A stretch of 64,000 nt of DNA, taken from positions 10,519 through 74,518 of the forward strand of contig WRCE01000003.1 of NCBI GenBank assembly GCA_009784005.1. The letters are read 5' to 3'. Positions 19,149 through 28,697 of this stretch are shown here, piece after piece. The notes beneath the pieces were generated by a model. That model ran no database searches. It saw nothing but the letters and a program-made list of their open reading frames with translations, and was not told where the DNA came from. This stretch comes from Candidatus Methanimicrococcus labiotermitis. GTDB lineage: Archaea; Halobacteriota; Methanosarcinia; Methanosarcinales; Methanosarcinaceae. Position numbers and translations under genes: made by a program. Numbering within the stretch: the stretch's first letter is position 1; each line of letters begins with the position of its first letter.

Positions 19149-20771
19149 TCAATCTTCGATTTTAAACAAAACGGTTAAAAACATCGGGCCGCGGACATCT
19201 ATTTTCTTGTTGTTGCCGGTCATGTAGCGCTGGCCGAGATCGGTCAGTTTCATGTTGACCTCTGACAACATTTTAATCATACGAGCGCGGGATTCATGTT
19301 CTGAGGCGCCGGACAAGACGGCCTCTTCCGCTTCGGCGGCGGCGGCGGCGGCAAAGGCACCGGCGAATGTGAACCCGGTCCTTGCAGAGTGGTTCTCAAG
19401 CGCTTTTTTCCATTTTTTGTCATCGGGGACGCCGAGGATGTCGCCGTTGTAAGCCAAAACTTCGTTAAACGCTGCGGGTCCCGCCAGCGACGTGCCTGAT
19501 TCAGGCTCCGCGATGCTGACCGTCAATGTTTTTCCGCAAAGGGTTCCTTTCCAAACCTCAAAACTGCACGGGCCGGGTTCTTTGGCGTGTTTTTTGAAGC
19601 CTTCGACAATCGCGGCGGCGACGGCGCGGCCTTCTTCCGTTTTCGGGGTTTGGATGAGTTGGACTTGGCGCGCCAGTTCCGAATCTCCCATTTCCCATTC
19701 TGCGTACTGAGAAAACTGAGGATAAGTCATGGAGCGCATGTCTTTGGCGTCGTAAAGAATCATAGCCAAACGCTCAACGCCGAGGCCCAGATTCATGACC
19801 GGCATCGGAATGTTGTATTCGGAAAGCGCAGGCGTCGCGTAAATGCCAAAAGTCGCGACTTCAATCCAGCCGTCGCTGTATTTTGTGTTTGAGCCGTCCA
19901 GCTTCGGGTGATAAGCGTAAACTTCGATTTGCGTATCGGGCGCATAGTATTTGCTGCGCTTCTCATCGGCGCGGAACATGAATTTTTCAAAACCGAACTG
20001 AGACAGCAACCCTTCCGCAACCGCTTTGCCGTGGTCGAGGGTCACGTTTTCGTCCATGATAACACAAGAAGCCGAATAATAAGTCATCAGGCGGGAAGCG
20101 TCTTCCTGCTGTTCGCGGCGGAAGCAGCGGTCAATGGAGAAAAGAGAAAACGGCGGCTCATTTCGTTCAAGAAGTTCACAAAGCGTGATAAACCAGCCGC
20201 TGGTCATATGACTGCGAAGCGTTTTCGTCGTTCCTTCGGGTTTGAGTTCTTTAAATTCGGGGAAAACCTTATCGATGAGTTCGGTCACATAAACGTCGGT
20301 CACGCCAAGCTGTTTCGCGAGTTCCGAAACGAGGTCGTCGCCCTCAATAGTTCCTTTTTTGTAAGCGTGAAGCACTTTTCTGATGATTTCAATGCCATCG
20401 TCGGAAATGCCCTCAATAATCTCTTTTATTTTTCGGATACGGTCATCGGAAATGCCGACATTTGGGCGCGGAAGACCCGCCAAATAAAAACAGCGGTCGA
20501 GCACAGCCGGCGCTTCATCGCCGAACTGCTTATAGATATCCCGTTCTTCAACGATGAGCGGATTCATGTACTCGGCAAAACCCATGCGCATATACGCCTC
20601 CCTCAATTTCTGAATCGTTTCATAAACGGGATGGGGTTTTCCAAAAGACGGCTTCATGCGCGGATAGCTTTCCTCAAGCGTTGTTTTTCGGATATAACAG
20701 CCGGATTCCAGCCACGTTTTTTCAAAATTCTCATTTTTTCCCAAACGGACGTCTGCCGGATCAAATCTCAT
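19149..20771 (-). CDS. sepS: O-phosphoserine--tRNA(Cys) ligase (SepRS)
   Basis: MRFDPADVR...YPRMKPSFGKPHPVYETIQKLREAYMRMGFAEYMNPLIVEE..IYKQFG.EA.AVLDRCFYLAGLPRP closely parallels the methanogen SepRS N-terminus I recall. Length is 540 aa. Confidence 0.93.
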   Translation of the reverse strand: MRFDPADVRLGKNENFEKTWLESGCYIRKTTLEESYPRMKPSFGKPHPVYETIQKLREAYMRMGFAEYMNPLIVEERDIYKQFGDEAPAVLDRCFYLAGLPRPNVGISDDRIRKIKEIIEGISDDGIEIIRKVLHAYKKGTIEGDDLVSELAKQLGVTDVYVTELIDKVFPEFKELKPEGTTKTLRSHMTSGWFITLCELLERNEPPFSLFSIDRCFRREQQEDASRLMTYYSASCVIMDENVTLDHGKAVAEGLLSQFGFEKFMFRADEKRSKYYAPDTQIEVYAYHPKLDGSNTKYSDGWIEVATFGIYATPALSEYNIPMPVMNLGLGVERLAMILYDAKDMRSMTYPQFSQYAEWEMGDSELARQVQLIQTPKTEEGRAVAAAIVEGFKKHAKEPGPCSFEVWKGTLCGKTLTVSIAEPESGTSLAGPAAFNEVLAYNGDILGVPDDKKWKKALENHSARTGFTFAGAFAAAAAAEAEEAVLSGASEHESRARMIKMLSEVNMKLTDLGQRYMTGNNKKIDVRGPMFLTVLFKIED

Positions 20772-20934
20772 AATTAATGCCTCAATGAATGTCGTGTAAA
20801 AAATAATTAATAATTGTCAAATTTGTCAAATATAATCGTTTCGTGACCTGTTAAACTCACTCCCGAAATAATAAACCTTTCATTCCTTAACCCGAATGAA
20901 ACCTTGCATCCCTTAATCCAAATAAGAAACCTTC

Positions 20935-21040
20935 ATTCCTAAAAACCCTATATTGAAAGTAACCGCCGTTCCTAAAAACCCTATATTGAAAGTAACCGCC
21001 GTCCCTTAAAATCCTATACTGAAAGTAACTGCCGTCCCTG
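20935..21040. repeat. 33-bp tandem triplication that includes the 3' end of the presenilin-like gene
   Basis: The gene-terminal copy encodes GTAVTFSIGF-stop. The two downstream copies would encode GTAVTFNIGFL in the same frame. Confidence 0.8.
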
Positions 21041-22133
21041 AAACCAGAATGCCCACTACAAACCCGAGAATTGCGCCCGTATTCAAAAACGGCAAACCCG
21101 CTTGCGGTTTCCCTTTAGAGACCACATACATCAAGAGGGCAAAGCCGAAAAACGTCCCGACCATTGTGAAAAGAGCGGGCACGCCAATCCATCCGTCGTG
21201 CGGCAAAAAATGATTGGCCGAAATCACTAAAAGCGTTGGGATAACGGCGTCGCCGAGACCCATAAAAAGCGCATCGGACTTCTTTTCATTAATTTCTTTC
21301 TCAACTTTCGCAATACCGGTCAGTTCCCCAGAACCGGCAGCATCGGCAACATTTTCAGTAACGCTACCGGCAGCATTTCCGGCGGCTGTTTCGTTGACAG
21401 ATGCCGATTCGGCGGCCGATTCGGCGCCGCCGGAAAGCCCGCCATCATCGTTGGAAAGCCCGCCGCCATCGTTGGAAATCTCATCGTCATCGGAAAAATC
21501 TTCTTTGATGTAAGAATAGTTCCATTTTTTCGGGATCACAAAAAGGATCGGCAGTTTCAAATTCATCATGCCGTTGGCAAGCGTCAGCATATGCTTTGTC
21601 TTGTAAACGGAAATAAAATCATAGATGAGAAGACCAACCATCAAAACGATGATCGGCACATAAGAGAGAGAAACGCCGATAACGGCGCAGGAGCCGATTG
21701 CGATCAGCAGGCCGGCGATGTCGATAATGTACCACTCGGGATATTTGTACAGCAAAATTGTCAAAGCGACGGCCCCGACAAACGACACGCCCAATGTGAA
21801 ATAGGTGTAGCCGGCGGCTTTATCGAGAATCGCGAGAAAAATAAAGAACAGCATCGAACAAATGAAAAAGTAAATAACCGCTCGAATGATCGCCGTCTTA
21901 TTCTTTTTAATCATATAAACCATGACGGCCGAGAAGATCAACAGGACAATGATGTAATAAATGGAATAGCCGATGCTTTCCGGATTATCAGGCGTCTGGG
22001 AAGTGATATACTCCGTCTCTGACAACCAAAGGGCGCCGACTTGGACAATGAGAACAAAAACGGCCATAATGAAATAAGGCATAAATTCTTTCGTTTTTGA
22101 AAATAAGGAAACAGATACGTTATTTGTGTTCAA
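21006..22133 (-). CDS. Presenilin / signal-peptide-peptidase-like intramembrane aspartyl protease (A22 family)
   Basis: Polytopic membrane protein with the YD (LLIYDFISVY), GLGD (FMGLGDAVIP) and PAL (GVPALFTMVG) motifs. A repeat-encoded acidic/Gly loop sits between the two catalytic motifs. Confidence 0.75.
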   Translation of the reverse strand: MNTNNVSVSLFSKTKEFMPYFIMAVFVLIVQVGALWLSETEYITSQTPDNPESIGYSIYYIIVLLIFSAVMVYMIKKNKTAIIRAVIYFFICSMLFFIFLAILDKAAGYTYFTLGVSFVGAVALTILLYKYPEWYIIDIAGLLIAIGSCAVIGVSLSYVPIIVLMVGLLIYDFISVYKTKHMLTLANGMMNLKLPILFVIPKKWNYSYIKEDFSDDDEISNDGGGLSNDDGGLSGGAESAAESASVNETAAGNAAGSVTENVADAAGSGELTGIAKVEKEINEKKSDALFMGLGDAVIPTLLVISANHFLPHDGWIGVPALFTMVGTFFGFALLMYVVSKGKPQAGLPFLNTGAILGFVVGILVSGTAVTFSIGF

Positions 22134-22149
22134 AAAAATACCTCTTCAT

Positions 22150-22510
22150 ACACGTTATTAATATTCGTTATTCGTTACGCGACATTCATTGCGCGTTAAT
22201 TACGACACGTTATTCATTGCGCATCGTTGTTGCGCATTATTTATATCCGTTATTTATTGCGCGTTATCCACTGCGCGTTATCCACTGCGCGTTATCCACT
22301 GCGCGTTATCCACTGCGCGTTATCCACTGCGCGTTATCCACTGCGCGTTATCCACTGCGCGTTATTTATTGCACGTTATTCATAATTCGTTATTCATAAT
22401 TCGTTATTCATCACGCGTCATTCGTTGCGTATTATTTATTACCCGTTATTCATGACGCGTTATTTATCACGCGTTATTCATTACACATTATTCATTACAC
22501 GTTATCATAC
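22150..22510. repeat. Intergenic minisatellite, 14-bp unit (GCGCGTTATCCACT); 7 perfect copies at about 22259-22356 with degenerate flanks
   Basis: Read directly between the presenilin-like gene and truA. Confidence 0.88.
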
Positions 22511-22569
22511 ATGTTAACATTATGTATTCAAAAATTCAGGATTGCCATCGCGACGCCATCTGTTGGCGG

Positions 22570-23460
22570 TCAGTCTAAATCCATTTCTTTTTCAGGAGAT
22601 ATGATGAATTGATCCATAATTGTTGAAATCACGCGGAAACGATTCGATTCTCTCGTGAAAAAGTCATTCACCTGCTTGACGGCATACATGTCCACCGTCC
22701 ATCCCGGTTCAGGATTGTATTGAACTTCCTGTAAAACAAGTCCGTATGCCGGCGCGGGTTCAATTCCCTCTTCAAAATTTTCGGGGTCCAGCATTCGGCT
22801 GATCCATTCCAGCGGGCGGTTGCCGGTGCCGACAAGCGTCAGCGCCGAAACGATTTTGCGAATCATGTTCCATAAATAAGCGTTTGCGACGATGTCGATT
22901 TTAATAACAGACCCCTGCGTTCGGATATCCAGTTTTTCGACGTTTCGAACCGTCGGTTTCGGGTCCTTTTTGTCCTTCTTTGTAAAATTAGAAAAGTTGT
23001 GCTCGCCGATGAAAAGCTTTGCCGCGTCTCTCATTTTGGAGATGTCGTAGTCTTCGGCGTTTAAAACATAGCGGTATTTCCGGCGAACGGCGTGCCGCCT
23101 CGGGTCAAAATCATCAGCGACTTCGGCATACGCCCACGCCCAAACGTCGCGCGGAAGTTTGGAATTCAAAATGCGCGGGATTGCCATGCCGGGCTTGTCG
23201 GAAAAAAAAGACACGACCTGACAGATTGAATGAACACCGGCATCGGTTCGCCCGGCTGAAGACAAATCGGCTTTCTCAAAATCAGAGATGGCGCCGACTT
23301 CCAGCAGAGCTTTCAGAATCTCACCTTCAACGGTTCTTTGGTCCGGCTGAATTTGGGACCCGGCGAAACGGGAGCCTTCGTATCCGATTTTTAAAGCGAC
23401 TTTCATAAGCATCTTCATGTTGTTTGATATTTTAAATATATCCGAATGGCTTATATTCAT
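22570..23460 (-). CDS. truA: tRNA pseudouridine(38-40) synthase TruA
   Basis: KVALKIGYEGSRFAGSQ.Q and the catalytic motif SAGRTDAGVHS. The true start is probably an internal Met (MKMLMKVAL..., near 23406-23418). Confidence 0.88.
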   Translation of the reverse strand: MNISHSDIFKISNNMKMLMKVALKIGYEGSRFAGSQIQPDQRTVEGEILKALLEVGAISDFEKADLSSAGRTDAGVHSICQVVSFFSDKPGMAIPRILNSKLPRDVWAWAYAEVADDFDPRRHAVRRKYRYVLNAEDYDISKMRDAAKLFIGEHNFSNFTKKDKKDPKPTVRNVEKLDIRTQGSVIKIDIVANAYLWNMIRKIVSALTLVGTGNRPLEWISRMLDPENFEEGIEPAPAYGLVLQEVQYNPEPGWTVDMYAVKQVNDFFTRESNRFRVISTIMDQFIISPEKEMDLD

Positions 23461-23567
23461 TCCGATTAAATGACGCCGATTGGGGATTAAGACCTATTGA
23501 CCTCATTTTAAAGATTTTTTTTGATTCGTTTTGATTTGTTTGATTCGTTTTGATTTGTTTTGATTTT

Positions 23568-24797
23568 TTAAAGAATCCGAACATCCAAGCAAATATTAGA
23601 TTGATGCGGCGCATAAGAACGAACCACTCTTTTTTCGACAACCTCAATCGAGCGCCCTTTCTTTTCAGCCGCTGCGCGAATCAGTTCAACCGACCCGTCA
23701 AACAAATCGTCATCCGAAGTCATGGCATAACAATGAATCACGCCGCCCGGTTTACAGATGGCAACAGCCGTATCCAAGAAATCAAACGCGTTGTGAGGCA
23801 GATTCATTATGACATGGTCGGCGGCGTTTGGATATTTTTCAGACAGGAAGAGAGCGTCTTCGTTCAGCGCCGTGACGTTGGATACTTTATTCAAAGCGAT
23901 ATTTTCACGTAGCATTGCGACCGCGTCTTCGTTTTTATCGTTCGCGATAACGCAAGACGGCGATGCAAATTTAGCAAACAGGATACTGTAGGGGCCAACG
24001 CCCGCAAACATGTCAATAACGACATCGCCGTCCCGAATCTGCCCCAATATGCGGTGACGCTCGGTGGAAAGGCGGGGCGTGAAATAAGCGCGCGCCAAAT
24101 CAACATGATACCGACAGCCGTACTCCTTGTGGATGGTGGCCGTTTTGTCTTCGCCCTTCACAAAAACAAGCGGCCGTGTTCTGAATTCGCCGGAAATGCT
24201 GCCGGCGGAAAGCAAAACGGTTTTGATGGCGGAATGCGCTGTTAAAATCGCGTCGGCGACATCGGAAACATTAAAAGAGGGAACAGAGGGAACGGAAGGG
24301 ACAGAGGGAACGGAAGGGACAGAGGGAACGGAAGGGACAGAGGGAACGGAAGGAACAGAGGGAACAGGTACTTTCAGGTTTTCGTCGCCGGAAATTTTTT
24401 CGTCAATAACGGCAATGTCGCCGATGATTTCGTAAGCGACCGAATAGCCCAGAATTTCACTGACCGTCGGCACTTTCTTTTGGACTTGAAACGAAACGCA
24501 TTGCAAGTACCAGCTGTGAAATTCCACTTTCTTTTTCGGGTGCGGCAAAAGTGAAATAAGCGGCATGAGACTGTCCCTGAGGACAAGGCGCTCTTCTTTT
24601 TCCGGATACCGAACCAAAGGTAAATAGAGGTAAATGTCGTCGGCAAATGGTTTGCAAGAGTGATCGATCAGATCATACTCATCCAGCAAACGGCGAACGG
24701 GTTCTCCGTTTCCCTTGTGGGTGCGAAAGGACGTGCGTAAAACACAATCGGGATTGCCTGTGTGTTCGTTTTCTGTTGAATCAGACTTTTGTATCAT
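23568..24797 (-). CDS. trm5: tRNA (guanine37-N1)-methyltransferase Trm5 family, with an internal (PSV)n repeat insertion
   Basis: SAM-binding motif VIDMFAGVGPYS plus NDKN....L..N and VIMNLPH. Ten PSV repeats are encoded at about 24275-24365. Confidence 0.8.
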   Translation of the reverse strand: MIQKSDSTENEHTGNPDCVLRTSFRTHKGNGEPVRRLLDEYDLIDHSCKPFADDIYLYLPLVRYPEKEERLVLRDSLMPLISLLPHPKKKVEFHSWYLQCVSFQVQKKVPTVSEILGYSVAYEIIGDIAVIDEKISGDENLKVPVPSVPSVPSVPSVPSVPSVPSVPSVPSVPSFNVSDVADAILTAHSAIKTVLLSAGSISGEFRTRPLVFVKGEDKTATIHKEYGCRYHVDLARAYFTPRLSTERHRILGQIRDGDVVIDMFAGVGPYSILFAKFASPSCVIANDKNEDAVAMLRENIALNKVSNVTALNEDALFLSEKYPNAADHVIMNLPHNAFDFLDTAVAICKPGGVIHCYAMTSDDDLFDGSVELIRAAAEKKGRSIEVVEKRVVRSYAPHQSNICLDVRIL

Positions 24798-25175
24798 TTT
24801 TCTCAGTCGTGTTTTTATTTGTCTTTTTATTTGTCATTTTTTTATTTGTTTTGTAATAGAGGTTTGAGGTGACATCGCTTTTTTGAAATTTCGTTGCGAT
24901 GATACCTCTTCCTGTTTTTTTGTCAGCGGCGCCCGGTTGCTCGCTTTTTGAGGGCGCCGATTGATACAGGAAAAAGATAATTTGAAGTTATGGCAAAAAA
25001 CAGGCTTGGATTCCGCCATATTAATAAAATGAGAGGAGCGGTGAACCGGCGAACCGGTGAACCGGTGAACCGATGAAACTCCTAAACGCCGACAGCCTCT
25101 TAAAAAGAAAAATGGCGGCAAAATCGAGATGAAGCCGCATTTGTCAAAAAAATGAATTTTGAATTCATTTTTGAA

Positions 25176-25355
25176 TTAAACCAGAAGAGGCCAAGTACCG
25201 TAGAAATAAGAAATCATAATGACAAAGAGAGCAACGGCTGCGCCCGCTATTAAAACATAAATCGGTTTGAATGTAATTGCTTTCTTGTCCGCGTCAAAAT
25301 ATCTCATCAATCCCGCGGAAGACTGAAGTCCGTTCCCCTTCTTTTGCTTCGGCAT
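25176..25355 (-). CDS. secG: Preprotein translocase subunit Sec61beta
   Basis: My own translation gives MPKQKKGNGLQSSAGLMRYFDADKKAITFKPIYVLIAGAAVALFVIMISYFYGTWPLLV (59 aa). It has the SSAGLMRYFD motif and a single C-terminal TM helix. It falls below the ORF-track size cutoff. Confidence 0.75.
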   Translation of the reverse strand: MPKQKKGNGLQSSAGLMRYFDADKKAITFKPIYVLIAGAAVALFVIMISYFYGTWPLLV

Positions 25356-25436
25356 AAAAGTACCTTTCCTGAGTTTTTAAAAATAATAAAATAATAAAAT
25401 AATCATGAATCTTAAATTTTATCTTAAAGAGCGTGT

Positions 25437-25560
25437 GCTCTTATATAAACATTTATCTTTGCATTCATCTTGGGTTTACTTTGCATTTATTCTTGGGTTT
25501 ACTTTGCATTCATCTTTGCGTTATCTTGCGCCTATCTTGCATTTATCTTGCGTTTTAAAG
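25437..25560. repeat. Intergenic minisatellite (TTGCATTCATCTTGGGTTTAC / TATCTTGCG units)
   Basis: Read directly between Sec61beta and the nucleotidase gene. Confidence 0.7.
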
Positions 25561-25575
25561 ACGCCGACACGAAAA

Positions 25576-26061
25576 TCAGCTTCTTTCCAGCAGATAGGCC
25601 TTAACCGCCTGCCAGTCGGGAAACTTTTCCGACCCGAAATGTATCCATTCCCCTTCAAAAAGGCAGGCGCCGTTTTTGTCGCGGTCATCCACCAAAAAGT
25701 CACCTTTGTTTAAGTTTTTGTGATGCGTCAGGATAAGCCGCTTGTGCGCAGGCTCGCCTAAATTTTCTTTGACCCATATCAGTTTATCCGACCACGCGCT
25801 GTTGTTTTCCCAGGGGGCGGTGGAAAGGATATAGACATCGAATCGGCAGCACAACTCATGAAAACTCTCAATCGCGCCGTTAATTGGTTTCATTAATCTG
25901 AAAATATCCGGGATTTCATCAAAGGAAGACGGTTTGTTTCTTTCGGGGCAAGCGGCATATTTCTACTTGGTCTCCTCGTCCATTTCATCAATGACGGACT
26001 GGAAATCAACGAGAACGCCGTCCATGTCAATATAAAGAATTTTCTTATCGCCTTTAACCAT
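25576..26061 (-). CDS. 5'(3')-deoxyribonucleotidase (NT5C/HAD family), interrupted by one in-frame TAG at complement(25963..25965)
   Basis: My own translation from the ATG at complement(26059..26061) gives MVKGDKKILYIDMDGVLVDFQSVIDEMDEETK-TAG-KYAACPERNKPSSFDEIPDIFRLMKPINGAIESFHEL..., which continues into track ORF 25576..25893 in the same frame. HAD motif I (DMDGV) lies upstream of the TAG and the rest of the fold lies downstream. Confidence 0.65.
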
Positions 26062-26116
26062 ATAACCACACTCAACCGCACACGGACGAACACACGCGAA
26101 TGCGCCCGTATTCAAT

Positions 26117-27148
26117 TCACCCCAATATGATTTCATCAATCAGAATCGGCGGGTGATAGATGCCGTTTTCCGTGATGATGGCGGAAACGTTTTCCATCGG
26201 CGTTTTATCGAATGCCAGATTCAAAATCGGAACGCCTTCGGGTACGTTTTGTTCCTTCGCTTTGCCGAGGTAACGGATTTCATCGTGGCTTCGTTCTTCG
26301 ATTTTGATATGTTCTTCCCAACTTTCGGGATCTAACGTTGAAATCGGAGCCGCGACGTAAAAGGGAATGCCGTGCTCTTTCGCTAAAACGGAAAGGGAGT
26401 ACGTGCCGATTTTGTTGTAAACGAATTCTTGCGTGATACGGTCAGCGCCGACAATCACTTTGTTAATGACGCCTTCGCTCATCAAAAATCCGGCGGCGGA
26501 ATCTGTTATGACGTGAACTGGAATTTTATCCTGCTGCAATTCCCAAGCCGTTAGTCGGCTTCCCTGATTCAACGGGCGAGTTTCGCAGGCAATGACACGG
26601 ATTTTCGCGCCGCTTGAAACGGCGGAGCGGATAACGCCAAGAGCGGTTCCCCAATCAACGCAAGCCAAGCGGCCGGCATTGCAGTGCGTCAGGACAACGT
26701 CGCCGTCTTCCAAAAGTTTGGCGCCGTTTTTACCGAGCTTTTTATTGATTGCGATATCTTCGTTCGCCATTTTTTTGGCTTCATCCAAAGAAATATTTTG
26801 AATCAGGCGCGTGTCCATGCCTTCGACTTCAACGATTTGGATAATTTCGTCAACGCCCCAGCTCAAATTGATAGCGGTCGGGCGTGTCTTTTTGATGGCT
26901 TCGCCGGCGGCCTTGATGTCTTTCATCATGCCCTCCACCGTATTCGCGCTGCTGGTCCGCGCTGCCAACGCAACGCCGAGAGCGCCGCAAACACCAAGAG
27001 CCGGCGCGCCGCGAACGCGGAGATTTTGAATGGCTTCACAAATTTCGGCAACGTTTTTACATTTGATAAATTTCAATTCGCCCGGCAGCAAAGTCTGGTC
27101 AATCATTTTGACGGATGAATCCGAGTCGTCCCATTCAATTGTTCTCAT
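26117..27148 (-). CDS. mtnA: Methylthioribose-1-phosphate isomerase family (MtnA / aIF-2B-like)
   Basis: IDQTLLP....I.C.......AI..L.VRGAPALG plus the C-terminal ...GADRI... pattern of the eIF-2B-related isomerases. Confidence 0.82.
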   Translation of the reverse strand: MRTIEWDDSDSSVKMIDQTLLPGELKFIKCKNVAEICEAIQNLRVRGAPALGVCGALGVALAARTSSANTVEGMMKDIKAAGEAIKKTRPTAINLSWGVDEIIQIVEVEGMDTRLIQNISLDEAKKMANEDIAINKKLGKNGAKLLEDGDVVLTHCNAGRLACVDWGTALGVIRSAVSSGAKIRVIACETRPLNQGSRLTAWELQQDKIPVHVITDSAAGFLMSEGVINKVIVGADRITQEFVYNKIGTYSLSVLAKEHGIPFYVAAPISTLDPESWEEHIKIEERSHDEIRYLGKAKEQNVPEGVPILNLAFDKTPMENVSAIITENGIYHPPILIDEIILG

Positions 27149-27190
27149 TTTTTATCCTTCCGTTCATTCTTAATTATGGAATGTAATTTA

Positions 27191-27294
27191 GCAGAGTGTC
27201 AGTCAGCAAAGTGTCAGTCAGCAAAGTGTCAGTCAGCAAAGTGTCAGTCAGCAAAGTGTCAGTCAGCAAAGTGTCAGTCAGCAAAACGGTATCC
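27191..27294. repeat. Intergenic minisatellite, 15-bp unit (CAGCAAAGTGTCAGT), about 6.5 copies
   Basis: Read directly between mtnA and radB. Confidence 0.88.
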
Positions 27295-27319
27295 TGCGAA
27301 GTTGTATTCAGCTGAGTGT

Positions 27320-28009
27320 TTACCTTAACCCTTCTGACGTAATTGTAAAATAGCACACGTCTCCTTCAGGCCGGCAGCGGTGTTTGATAATTTTGGCGCA
27401 GCGCTCGCCCGTCCCCACTCGTTCAAATTTGAGGATGGTTTTTGAAATGTGTTCAATGCCGCGGCCGCCGATTGGGAGGACGTTGCCGCTGTTTTCGAAA
27501 TCACTGAAAATTTGGTTGGTGATCAAAACGGCGATGCCGATTTTTCGCGCCATGCCTTGAAGGAAACCGATTTGATTCGCCAGCTCCCGGCGACTTTGAA
27601 TTCTTGCGTCTTCGCCATCCGACTCTAAACGGTAAAAAGAAGTCGCCGAGTCAACGATGATTAAACCGATATTTTCGCTCAGCACTTTTTCGATTTCGCA
27701 AATGGCGGTGTATTGCTCATCAAAGCTCATCGGTTCATAAATGAGAATATTTTTAGCGATTTCTTTAGAGCGGATGCCGGCGATTTGCGAAAACCGGTCA
27801 AGTGACAGCCCTTCCGTATCAATGTAAATCACTTTTTTTCCGGCCGCGGAACACTCAACCGCCGCCTGAAGGCATAAATTCGTTTTCCCCGAGCCGGGCT
27901 CGCCGTATACCTGCGTGACAATGCCGCATTCGAGGCCGCCGCCAAGCAGTTCGTCGATGGACCCGCATCCCGTGGTCAGATAATTTCCGATATTTACACC
28001 CCTTTTCAT
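27320..28009 (-). CDS. radB: DNA repair and recombination protein RadB
   Basis: 229 aa. TGCGSIDELLGGGLE.G..TQVYGEPGSGKTN (Walker A), IYIDTEG. The short RecA-family length is typical of RadB. Confidence 0.88.
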   Translation of the reverse strand: MKRGVNIGNYLTTGCGSIDELLGGGLECGIVTQVYGEPGSGKTNLCLQAAVECSAAGKKVIYIDTEGLSLDRFSQIAGIRSKEIAKNILIYEPMSFDEQYTAICEIEKVLSENIGLIIVDSATSFYRLESDGEDARIQSRRELANQIGFLQGMARKIGIAVLITNQIFSDFENSGNVLPIGGRGIEHISKTILKFERVGTGERCAKIIKHRCRPEGDVCYFTITSEGLR

Positions 28010-28254
28010 TTGTTTGATAAATGTTAAAAGATAAAATGCTAAAATGTTATGATGAACGAATAAGTGATATAAAAATTCCTGCTAAAATGCCTGCCAAAAG
28101 TGCCTGCCAAAAGTGTCTGCCAAAAGTGCCTGCTAAAAATACCTGCTTCTTTAAAGATGAGCGGAAAAGCCGTTGAATCTCTTGTCGTTTTTCTGAATAG
28201 GCGATCAATGAAAACAGCCCTAAAATTAAATAGAAAGAAATTGTTGATGTTTTT

Positions 28255-28509
28255 ATGGCAAGTTCAATTCTCGCAGCGATTCTGTCTTTCTTCATCCCCG
28301 GCCTTGGTCAATTCTATTCAGGTCATTTCTTAAGAGGGCTACTGATCTTTATCATTTCTTTGCTGCTGGGCTCAACGTTGACCGGCCTTAGCATACTTCT
28401 TGTGATTACGCTTGTCGTTCCTGCTGTTTTATTCCTGATAATTTTCGTCTTTTGGATTTGGAATATCTATGACGCGTGGCAATTGGCTGCCAGAACGTCG
28501 ACTCGTTAA
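28255..28509 (+). CDS. Small membrane protein (TM2-like motif)
   Basis: 84 aa with two or three hydrophobic helices. AAILSFFIPGLGQFYSGHFLRG resembles TM2-type small membrane proteins. Confidence 0.45.
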   Translation: MASSILAAILSFFIPGLGQFYSGHFLRGLLIFIISLLLGSTLTGLSILLVITLVVPAVLFLIIFVFWIWNIYDAWQLAARTSTR

Positions 28510-28547
28510 TTGATGCATTGATGCCGAATCTCTGTTTATTGATTCGG

Positions 28548-28690
28548 TTTTCCGTTTTTGAGTCAGATTATCCGTTTTTGAGTCAGGTTATCCTTTTTTG
28601 AGTCAGGTTATCCTTTTTTGAGTCAGGTCATCCTCTTTGAATCCGGCCATCCACTTTAATCAGGCCATCCTCTTTGAATCAGGCCGCTCT
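28548..28690. repeat. Intergenic minisatellite, ~21-bp unit (GAGTCAGGTTATCCTTTTTTT)
   Basis: Read directly downstream of the RecJ-like gene, next to its stop codon at 28698. Confidence 0.8.
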
Positions 28691-28697
28691 CTTCTGT

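Noticed and set aside
19908-20777. Long antisense or alternative-frame ORFs inside well-supported genes. Examples are 19908..20777 in sepS, 46479..47336 in mtaA, 1207..2115 and 1358..2023 in csl4, 59358..59879 in korB, 7462..7920 in nrdD, 26684..27118 in mtnA and 23550..23912 in trm5.
   Set aside because: The opposite or other frame encodes a protein with clear family motifs along its whole length. The shadow ORFs have biased, motif-less composition.
24947-24966. Shared 19-20-nt motif TTTGAGGGCGCCG(G)ATTGAT at 24947-24966 and 39023-39042, the latter about 105 nt upstream of purP.
   Set aside because: There are only two copies, in different contexts relative to genes. I cannot separate a regulator site from a repeat-element fragment without a genome-wide motif search.
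25893-26093. Track ORF of 66 aa upstream of the nucleotidase fragment.
   Set aside because: It is in the wrong frame. The frame continuous with 25576..25893 encodes the expected HAD motif-I N-terminus (YIDMDGVLVDF) once the TAG at 25963-25965 is bridged.
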